DNA of 6,538 nt from positions 1 through 6,538 of the forward strand of contig JAVYME010000045.1 of the NCBI GenBank assembly GCA_038736825.1, read 5' to 3'. How positions within the stretch are numbered: the stretch's first letter is position 1; every line of letters starts with the position of its first letter. Both the position numbers and the translations under genes were made by a program. Below the pieces are notes generated by a model that was not told the DNA's origin, searched no databases, and worked only from the letters and a program-made list of their open reading frames with translations. This DNA comes from Candidatus Iainarchaeum sp. Lineage in GTDB: Archaea > Iainarchaeota > Iainarchaeia > Iainarchaeales > DTGL01. Shown here piece by piece: positions 1 through 5,478 of the stretch.

Positions 1-182
1 ACAAACAAAGGATCACACATAGTGGGAGTTATCGCATTCACATCCCATTCCAGCAAAACCCTGTCCAAACCAAACCTTTGCGCAACAACAACCCCAGAAT
101 CAACAGTAGATTGAGCGATTACAGGAATGGCAAGGCATAATAGAAGGGGCAAAAAGGCAATTGCTTTCAAAAATCCCTTCAA
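1..182 (-). CDS. Partial CDS (first ~60 codons, runs off left edge): predicted secreted or membrane-anchored protein with Sec-type signal peptide
   Basis: Absent from the ORF track because there is no stop in the window. My reverse-complement translation from TTG at 182..180 reads MKGFLKAIAFLPLLLCLAIPVIAQSTVDSGVVVAQRFGLDRVLLEWDVNAITPTMCDPLF, open to position 1. It has a charged n-region, a ~17-residue hydrophobic core and a V-I-A|Q cleavage-like site. A GGTGG SD-like motif at 192..188 lies 5 nt upstream of the TTG. Alternative in-frame starts are TTG 185 and GVG-class GTG 191. An in-frame TAA at 197..195 bounds the 5' end. Confidence 0.45.
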   Translation of the reverse strand, partial: MKGFLKAIAFLPLLLCLAIPVIAQSTVDSGVVVAQRFGLDRVLLEWDVNAITPTMCDPLF

Positions 183-289
183 CAAAACCACCGGTTAGGC
201 GCAACGCAAACGCTTTTCAAATAATAATTATTGTTTCCTTATTAATAAGCGTATCATTGGCTAATCTTAAAGAGTTATCGCTGGGTTGT

Positions 290-299
290 AAAAAAAGGC
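290..299 (-). terminator. Oligo-T tract (T7) immediately after the scpB stop; candidate archaeal-type terminator
   Basis: The minus strand reads TAA GCC TTTTTTT ACAACC directly after the scpB stop (302..300). The T7 corresponds to plus-strand A7 at 290..296. No hairpin is evident. Confidence 0.35.
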
Positions 300-815
300 T
301 TATTGCTTTGGCTCTCTTGGTTTTACTTCGCCAAAGTATTCCTTGAATTTTGGAGTGGTGCGCAACAAATAGGTTCGCCCGAAGGGTTCTTTTGATATAA
401 AGCCTGCTTCAAGCAATTCCTTTAAGTGGTCATAGGCTTTCACGTTGCGATACTTTACCACCAATGACTGTTTTATGGGTTGCTTGATTGCAATCAAGGC
501 AAGGGTTCTTTGAACGCCTTTGGGCATTTCGGCTTTCAAGGCAAGGTGCTTGACTTTTTCCATGTGATGGGGTTTCACTCTCATCTGGTAAGCGCCATCC
601 TGGCACACCACTTCAATGCCTTTTCCGCCTTCCTCGTATTCTTTCATTATTTCTGCAAGCATTTCCTCAACATGGCGTTTGTCTTCCACACTGGTTAGCT
701 TTGCCAAATCCTTTAATTCAATTGAGCCAGGCGCCATAAACAAAGCGGATTCAAGCACTTTTTTGTTTTCCTCCCAGTCCCTTGCAATTCTAACCAGTTC
801 CCTTAATTTTTCCAT
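300..815 (-). CDS. scpB: Segregation and condensation protein B (ScpB, SMC-associated kite subunit)
   Basis: 171 aa with an ATG start (815..813) and TAA stop. By eye it aligns with B. subtilis ScpB blocks: ALFMAPGSIELKDLAKL (ALLYAAGDEGL), GIEVVCQDGAYQM (GIELVEYADTYML), RTLALIAIKQPIKQSLVVKYRNV ([23 protein letters not shown]) and GRTYLLRTTPKFKEYFGE (GRAILYGTTETFLEQFGL). Confidence 0.85.
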   Translation of the reverse strand: MEKLRELVRIARDWEENKKVLESALFMAPGSIELKDLAKLTSVEDKRHVEEMLAEIMKEYEEGGKGIEVVCQDGAYQMRVKPHHMEKVKHLALKAEMPKGVQRTLALIAIKQPIKQSLVVKYRNVKAYDHLKELLEAGFISKEPFGRTYLLRTTPKFKEYFGEVKPREPKQ

Positions 816-878
816 AAAAAATCCCTGAAGGCAATAAATAGAATACGCAATCTGGGTTTTTTAATGGTTTCTGTGCTC

Positions 879-1769
879 TCATTCACGGTCTATTATTCTG
901 AAATCCCAAACCCCTGTTTTTGGATTATAGCCTTCAACTATTATGTTTGGCTCGGCTATCCTGAAACCCTCAAGCGATTCACTGTTGCCGTAAAGGTTTT
1001 GCTTTAAGGCACGGTTTTGGGCTTCAAATTCGCTGAAAGCCCTGGAAAGGCTTGCCCACAAGGCTTTCTTTTTTTCCCATGGATTGCTTCCAGGAAAAAA
1101 CTTTTCAAAATCCTTGAAGAATTTTTGAACTGCCCTGAAATGAAAATCGCTTCCAGAAAAATCATGCAAGTAATCTGGAACATAGCCCTGGATTGCAGTG
1201 TTCTTTACATCCATTAAAGTCGGCCTGAAAACTGCTTCTGCAATCGCGAGTTGTGGTGTTGCAAGCAAAAACCTTTGTATTGAAAGCCTGTAACTTGAAG
1301 GTTTTATTATGCCTTTTTTTATTGCAAAATTGTAGTCTGCAAAGGCTTTTGAGAGAATTCTTACCTCTCTAAAGCCAGCGTCAGGTTTTTCCCCTGAAAC
1401 CCTTGAAAAATCCTTTACAATTATTGTTCTTCCAGGCCAAGGTGAAGCCTCAAAAGTCGTGTAAGGCGAATCCGGGTGCAAAAGCCATTTTTGCATGGAG
1501 CGAATTTTTGCCTCTATTTCGTCAACAATCCAGGGTGATTTTTGTGATAACAAATCGTTTAATGCGCGCCTTCCAAAAAGCCTTTCAAGAAAGGGAAAAC
1601 TGTTTTTGAAAACCATTAATTGTTTTCCTGAACTGCTTTTGAAAACCATTGCTTTGCCTTTTCCTCCAAAGGGTTCCACTTGCATTGAAACAAGCCTTGT
1701 TTTTCCCTTAAACTGCTTGCGTTTTGGAGCATATTGTTTTTTCCTGCGAGGAAAACGCGCTGGCTTCAT
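879..1769 (-). CDS. Hypothetical protein, 296 aa, strongly basic N-terminal tail; no family recognised
   Basis: Long ORF with an ATG start at 1769..1767, only 3 nt after the TAA of the upstream endonuclease IV-family gene (1775..1773); TGA stop. By my count, 12 of the first 25 residues are K/R (MKPARFPRRKKQYAPKRKQFKGKTR), there is no Cys, and Phe is about 9%. I found no recognisable catalytic or binding motif. Confidence 0.75.
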   Translation of the reverse strand: MKPARFPRRKKQYAPKRKQFKGKTRLVSMQVEPFGGKGKAMVFKSSSGKQLMVFKNSFPFLERLFGRRALNDLLSQKSPWIVDEIEAKIRSMQKWLLHPDSPYTTFEASPWPGRTIIVKDFSRVSGEKPDAGFREVRILSKAFADYNFAIKKGIIKPSSYRLSIQRFLLATPQLAIAEAVFRPTLMDVKNTAIQGYVPDYLHDFSGSDFHFRAVQKFFKDFEKFFPGSNPWEKKKALWASLSRAFSEFEAQNRALKQNLYGNSESLEGFRIAEPNIIVEGYNPKTGVWDFRIIDRE

Positions 1770-1772
1770 GTT

Positions 1773-2603
1773 TTATAATGAGGAAAATGCTTTTTTTAAA
1801 ATCAATGCATCCCCTTCAATGCTTGGGCTTTCGCAAACAATTATTCCACTGCAATCAAAATCCTTGAATGCTTTGAGCAAGTCCTTGTAATTGAAATCGC
1901 TTTCCTTTAAGTCCAAATGGTTTCTTTCGCCTTTTTCACTGTAAGCGATTCCTGAAACATGGCAATGCAATTCTTTGAGCGCGCTTTTGCCCAAACCCTT
2001 TTCCATTTTTTCTAACACTGAGGCAAACTCTGCATAAGTGTTCATTTTTCCATTAGAGCGGGCGTGCAAGTGGGAAAAATCAATGCAAGGCATTACTTGC
2101 TCTATCTCGCTGGCAAGAGCAATGATTTCTTCTATTGTTCCAAACTGGCTTGCCTTGCCAGTGGTTTCAGGCCGAACCCATATTTTGTTGCCTTCTGCCT
2201 TGAGTTCCAAAACAATTTCTTGAAGTGCTTTTTTGACTGTTTCAAAAACCTCTTTTTGGCTGTTTTTCTGGTAAAATGCTGCATGGAATGCAATTGATTG
2301 CGCGCCGCACTCCCAAGCCCTTTTTGCGCCGTCCAAAACCCGTTTTTTGCTTGCATTCCGTTTTTCTTTTTCTGAAGAATTAAGGTTGATATAATATGAG
2401 CCGTGGCAGGTGAGCAAAACACTGTTTTGCTCTGCGGTTTTTTTGACTTCAGGCGCAAGCTCTCTGGAAACATTAACGTTTTGCACGAACTCCAGTTCCA
2501 TTGCATCCAAGCCAAGCGCTCTAACCCTTTTTATGCCCTCAATAGTGCCGGGTTTTGGCGTTGAAAGCGGAATTCCGGCTGTTGCAAACAAAAGCGATTT
2601 CAA
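1773..2603 (-). CDS. nfo: Endonuclease IV family (AP endonuclease 2 / xylose isomerase-like TIM barrel) protein
   Basis: 276 aa. Blocks match E. coli Nfo metal-ligand regions: CHGSYYINL (HDSYLINL), IAFHAAFY (NFHPGSH), RPETTG (IENTAG), CIDFSHLHA (CIDTCHAFA), LHCHVSG (MHLNDA), GERNHLDL (VDRHHSLG, acidic residue shifted by one) and IIVCESP (LILETI). The start is TTG at 2603..2601, overlapping the upstream TGA (TTGA). The N-terminus FATAGIPLS resembles archaeal members of the family. Confidence 0.8.
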   Translation of the reverse strand: MKSLLFATAGIPLSTPKPGTIEGIKRVRALGLDAMELEFVQNVNVSRELAPEVKKTAEQNSVLLTCHGSYYINLNSSEKEKRNASKKRVLDGAKRAWECGAQSIAFHAAFYQKNSQKEVFETVKKALQEIVLELKAEGNKIWVRPETTGKASQFGTIEEIIALASEIEQVMPCIDFSHLHARSNGKMNTYAEFASVLEKMEKGLGKSALKELHCHVSGIAYSEKGERNHLDLKESDFNYKDLLKAFKDFDCSGIIVCESPSIEGDALILKKAFSSL

Positions 2604-3340
2604 CCCAACACCTCTGTAAAGATTTTTTCAATCGGCACATTCATTTTTTTTAAAACCTCAAAGGATGCCTTCATTGAACCAGGGGAACCGCAAACATAAA
2701 AATGAGTGTTTGAATCAGCATAACCTGCTTCTTCCACCAAGGATTGCACATAACCGCAAGCGCCATTCCAACAACATGCGCCGTCCTTGAAGGCAACCGG
2801 AAACAAAAAGAAATTGGGTTTTTCCCTTGCATATTTTTGCAGTTCTTCCTTGAACAAAAACATGTCACAAGAGTGGAAACCGTAAAAGAACTGGATTATT
2901 TTTTTTGAATCCTTAAACATTAAATCGCGAACCATGGACATTGCTGGAGCAACCCCTGCGCCAGTAACAATAAAGACAATTTTTTCTTTTTGCGAGCGGT
3001 GCAGGAATTCCCCAAAAGGCCCTTTCAATTGCAAAATGTCTCCGGGTGCAAGGTGTTCTGCAAGGAATTGAGAGACACCACCGTTTGGTGAAACCGCAAC
3101 TGCAAACTCAAGGAATTCCATGTGTGGCGCTGTGGCAATGGAATATGCCCTGTACAATGGCTCGCTTGGTTTTGAATTGTCTTTCAATCCAGGATGTCCA
3201 AGTAAGACAAACTGTCCTGCCTTGAATTCAAAACCTGAAGGCTTTTCCGTGCGAAAAACCAAGTAAGAGTTTTTTCCTTGCTCTGAATAGCGTTCCACTG
3301 ATAAAACTTTTGATTCAAAAAAAGCCTGCAAAAAAAGCAC
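2600..3340 (-). CDS. FNR-like FAD/NAD(P)-binding oxidoreductase (stand-alone flavoreductase module, no Fe-S domain)
   Basis: 246 aa. It carries the R-x-Y-S FAD motif (RAYSIAT), GGVSQFL, LKGPFGEF, the NAD(P) motif IVFIVTGAGVAPAMSMV, the W-x-G-x-x-G-x-V block (CCWNGACGYV) and the C-terminal FYVCGSPGSM. The start is GTG at 3340..3338 (no ATG nearby; TTG at 3331 is an alternative). The TGA stop overlaps the next gene's start. Confidence 0.8.
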   Translation of the reverse strand: MLFLQAFFESKVLSVERYSEQGKNSYLVFRTEKPSGFEFKAGQFVLLGHPGLKDNSKPSEPLYRAYSIATAPHMEFLEFAVAVSPNGGVSQFLAEHLAPGDILQLKGPFGEFLHRSQKEKIVFIVTGAGVAPAMSMVRDLMFKDSKKIIQFFYGFHSCDMFLFKEELQKYAREKPNFFLFPVAFKDGACCWNGACGYVQSLVEEAGYADSNTHFYVCGSPGSMKASFEVLKKMNVPIEKIFTEVLG

Positions 3341-3373
3341 CTTTAAGCAATAAAGAAATGATTGCTGGTTTTT

Positions 3374-4111
3374 TTAAGGCTTTTGGGTTGGTTCAGGGCA
3401 AAAATTGTTTTTGGAAACGCTTATGAATATTTCTCCGAAAAAGGATTCTTGGAATAATGAGACTTTTTGCTTGTGGGCTAAAAAAATCAGTGGAATGAAG
3501 ACATCGATTGCTGCTGTCGGGTTTTTTTCTTCAACCAAATCTGAAAAGAGCACTAAGCCTTCTTCGTCGGCTTTCTCTAAGAGAATGCAAAACAATTCCC
3601 CGATTTTTTCCTCTAAGTCTTTTTCGTCAAATGCTGGAATTACAAAGCTTGGCTTGTAGTCATCAGAGCCTTTCCTGTACTTCAGGGAGCGCTCTTTTGT
3701 TTTTTCTATTACTGCTTCTATTTGGCGCATTAGTTCTTCCAATGAAACAGTGCTTTCCCTGATTTTGGTTAACGGTGTCAGTTCTGGAAGCATTTCCTCC
3801 ATTTGCTTGATTTCCTCTTCTGTGAGTTCTGGCTCTCTTGGTTCCTTCAAAAAGGAAAGCGAAATTGTTTTGCTTTTCAGTTTTAAGAGTATTGCACAGG
3901 CAAGAATGGCGTTTGCTGGAACCCTCAAATTGAGTTCCTGCATTTGCCTCACTCGTTCCAAGTATTTTTTGGACAATTCAACCAAGTCTATTGCCCAAAC
4001 ATCCATTTTTTCCTTTTCAACAAGGTCTATCAAAATGGTTTTCCAGGCCGGCTGGTCTATGAGGGTTACAAGATTCACGCTTTCAACATGCACTGGTTCT
4101 TTTTTTTGCAT
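3374..4111 (-). CDS. scpA: Segregation and condensation protein A (ScpA, SMC kleisin)
   Basis: The N-terminal block WKTILIDLVEKEKMDVWAIDLVELSKKYLERV...LRVPANAILACAILLKLKSK matches the ScpA motif (LDLLLHLI...DIYDIPVAKITEQYL...ASEYLVMAATLLSIKSR). An acidic linker follows. The C-terminal winged-helix-like block is AAIDVFIPLIFLAHKQKVSLFQESFFGEIFIS. The ORF track starts at TTG 4144. I prefer ATG 4111..4109 because GAAGGT (4123..4118) sits 6 nt upstream of it. Confidence 0.85.
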   Translation of the reverse strand: MQKKEPVHVESVNLVTLIDQPAWKTILIDLVEKEKMDVWAIDLVELSKKYLERVRQMQELNLRVPANAILACAILLKLKSKTISLSFLKEPREPELTEEEIKQMEEMLPELTPLTKIRESTVSLEELMRQIEAVIEKTKERSLKYRKGSDDYKPSFVIPAFDEKDLEEKIGELFCILLEKADEEGLVLFSDLVEEKNPTAAIDVFIPLIFLAHKQKVSLFQESFFGEIFISVSKNNFCPEPTQKP

Positions 4112-4144
4112 TTTCAAACCTTCAGAAGGCAAAAAAACATTCAA

Positions 4145-4291
4145 AGTGCAAAAGATTTAAGCTTTTGCTTCTTACTAATAAACGCTTTCAAGTATTTAAT
4201 ATTATCACATTAACAAAAGAAACTGCATGCAAAAATTTATTAAATGCGGTGATATAATATTTAAGGTGAGGCTTAAAGTGAGGTTGAGAAA
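4145..4291. promoter_or_regulatory. Divergent intergenic control region between scpA (-) and the KaiC-like ATPase gene (+): TATA-like boxes, SD motif, imperfect inverted repeat
   Basis: AT-rich 147 nt. TATA-like ATATAATATTTA lies at 4252..4264 and AAAATTTATTAAAT at 4231..4245 on the plus strand. ATAATATTAAATA is on the minus strand (4195..4207). SD-like GTGAGGT at 4278..4284 lies 7 nt before ATG 4292. Inverted arms are TTTAATATTATCAC (4195..4208) and GTGATATAATATTTAA (4249..4264). Confidence 0.5.
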
Positions 4292-5005
4292 ATGAATAGG
4301 GTTAAAACTGGAATTGAAGGACTTGACGAACTAATTGAAGGCGGAATTCCAGAGGGAAGCTCGGTACTGGTATCAGGCGGCTCTGGAACCGGCAAAACAA
4401 TCCTTGCAACACAATTCATTTACAATGGCGGAAAACTTTACGGAGAACCAGGAATTTATGTGAGCATTGAAACAAACCTGAAAAACATTATTTGGAACAT
4501 GCAAAGCTTTAATTGGGACATACGCGAACTACAAGAAAACAACCTCATGAAAACATACAGGCTCAACCTAGGCCACACCAAAAAAAGAGAATCAGTGGAA
4601 GACAGAGTGGACGAAGAATTGAATGTAATATCCCAAATGGTAAAAGAATTGGGTGCAAAAAGGCTTGTAATTGACTCGGTTTCAGCGTTTGCAGTATGGT
4701 TTGAAAACACTGGCCTTATAAGAAACCTTTTGTTCCAGTTTGTGGACAGATTGAAAAACCTGGATTGCACCACTATTTTGACAACTGAAACCACTGGCGC
4801 TAGAAGACAGTTTTCAGCCTATGGGGTTGAAGAATTCATTACAGACGGCGTGATAGCGCTCTATTTCACTCCACCGCATAGAAGCATTTTCATTAAAAAA
4901 ATGCGCGGCACAGACCACTCTAAAACCATTCACCCATTCAACATTACAGAAAAAGGCTGCGTAGTAAATGCTTCTGACAGAGTGCTCTGGGAATCAATCA
5001 AGTGA
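4292..5005 (+). CDS. Single-domain KaiC-like / RadA-paralog (aRadC-type) RecA-superfamily ATPase
   Basis: 237 aa with an ATG start and SD. The N-terminus is TGIEGLDELIEGGIPEGSSVLVSGGSGTGKT (Walker A). YVSIETNLKNIIWNMQSFNWDI aligns residue for residue with KaiC FVTFEETPQDIIKNARSFGWDL. Walker B is KRLVIDSVSAF. The C-terminal block is EFITDGVIALY...IFIKKMRGTDHSKTIHPFNITEKG. Confidence 0.85.
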   Translation: MNRVKTGIEGLDELIEGGIPEGSSVLVSGGSGTGKTILATQFIYNGGKLYGEPGIYVSIETNLKNIIWNMQSFNWDIRELQENNLMKTYRLNLGHTKKRESVEDRVDEELNVISQMVKELGAKRLVIDSVSAFAVWFENTGLIRNLLFQFVDRLKNLDCTTILTTETTGARRQFSAYGVEEFITDGVIALYFTPPHRSIFIKKMRGTDHSKTIHPFNITEKGCVVNASDRVLWESIK

Positions 5006-5033
5006 AGGCACAACCTTCACTTGCCCTTTTTTT
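4999..5033 (+). terminator. Intrinsic-terminator-like hairpin plus T7 downstream of the KaiC-like gene
   Basis: A perfect 10-bp stem, CAAGTGAAGG (4999..5008) paired with CCTTCACTTG (5014..5023), has a 5-nt loop CACAA. CCC and TTTTTTT (5027..5033) follow. The stem contains the TGA of the plus-strand gene (5003..5005) and the TGA of the convergent kinase gene (5019..5017). Confidence 0.5.
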
Positions 5034-5478
5034 GCAAGTAAAACTTTACTCGTTCAACCTGTTTTTTGAACGGCATCGAGGAATCCACCACCAAGTGCGG
5101 TTCCAGCATTGGCTCAAATTGTGATTGCATTTTATTGTAAAGGGCAAGCATTGCATTATTTCCAGTCATTCTTTCCCCAATTAGTGCCCTTGAAGCAGTC
5201 ATTTCAATAAAAAAAATTGGAATGCCTTTCCTTTCAGCGATTTCTTTTAGCATTTCCCTTTCAGATTTCAAACAAAAAGAGCCGTCCACCACAACGCCTT
5301 TTCCTGTCAAAATCTTTTCTTCAAGGAATTCACCCATCTTGCAAAAAAAAAGCTGTGATTCAATGCTGTTTTTGCTGGAATTGTCCATGTTCAAGTACTG
5401 CAAGCCCAAAGTTTTGGAAATTTCTTTTGCAAGAAAGGTTTTTCCGGTTGCAGGCAAGCCAAAGAAAACCAAAAGCAA
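5017..5478 (-). CDS. Small P-loop kinase (AAA_33 / predicted nucleotide or polynucleotide kinase-like ATP-binding protein)
   Basis: 153 aa. Walker A GLPATGKT starts at codon 7. A Walker B-like strand is GVVVDGSF, and a lid-like Arg region is TASRALIGERM. The only possible starts are TTG 5478 or TTG 5472 (no ATG or GTG before the P-loop). The substrate cannot be assigned by eye. Confidence 0.7.
   Translation of the reverse strand: MLLVFFGLPATGKTFLAKEISKTLGLQYLNMDNSSKNSIESQLFFCKMGEFLEEKILTGKGVVVDGSFCLKSEREMLKEIAERKGIPIFFIEMTASRALIGERMTGNNAMLALYNKMQSQFEPMLEPHLVVDSSMPFKKQVERVKFYLQKKGK

Noticed and set aside
161-346. 61-aa plus-strand ORF spanning the scpB 3' end.
   Set aside because: It has a TTG start with no SD, overlaps the scpB C-terminus and its oligo-T tract, and is antisense to the better-supported signal-peptide ORF. 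It has no motif.
816-862. AAAAAATCCC (816..825) can pair with GGGTTTTTT (854..862) between orf296 and scpB. It is a possible attenuator or terminator. A TATA-like AATAAATA lies at 833..840.
   Set aside because: The stem is A/U-rich with a bulge and a 28-nt loop, so it is thermodynamically weak. It cannot be distinguished from chance in AT-rich sequence. I only note that scpB may have its own promoter here.
1464-1481. HPDSPY in ORF296 resembles the uracil-DNA glycosylase HPSP(L) motif.
   Set aside because: It lies near residue 100, not near the C-terminus. No GEAPG or GQDPY-type motif A is present at the appropriate spacing. A six-residue similarity is not evidence of homology.
4112-4144. TTG-initiated N-terminal extension of ScpA (MNVFLPSEGLK), and the analogous TTG extension of Adk at 6127..6153 (MEGCFVGKG).
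   Set aside because: In both cases an internal ATG gives the canonical family N-terminus. For scpA the ATG is preceded by GAAGGT at correct spacing. The track simply takes the first ATG/GTG/TTG after the upstream stop.
3750-4160. 136-aa plus-strand ORF antisense to scpA. Similar antisense or alternate-frame ORFs occur at 1495..1890 (+), 5217..5627 (+), 5222..5572 (+), 2132..2515 (-), 3405..3659 (+), 3508..3762 (+), 4456..4794 (-), 480..698 (+) and 616..828 (+).
   Set aside because: All lie entirely inside well-supported genes with recognisable family motifs. Their translations are low-complexity (Ser/Leu/Phe-rich) with no motifs or start signals. This is typical shadow-ORF behaviour in AT-rich coding DNA.
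4227-4295. 22-codon upstream ORF (MQKFIKCGDIIFKVRLKVRLRK) whose TGA overlaps the ATG of the KaiC-like gene (ATGA).
   Set aside because: It has no SD-like motif upstream. It runs through the TATA-like boxes, so it would probably not be transcribed in full. Short ORFs arise easily by chance in AT-rich intergenic DNA. It is worth a look only if ribosome profiling exists.
5209-5351. Sense-strand T8 (plus-strand A8 at 5209..5216) and T9 (plus-strand A9 at 5343..5351) homopolymers inside the small kinase CDS. They could be internal oligo-T terminators or slippage sites.
   Set aside because: They encode in-frame Phe-Phe stretches (IPIFFIE, QLFFCK) consistent with the protein, and there is no frameshift. 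Such runs are common in AT-rich genomes.
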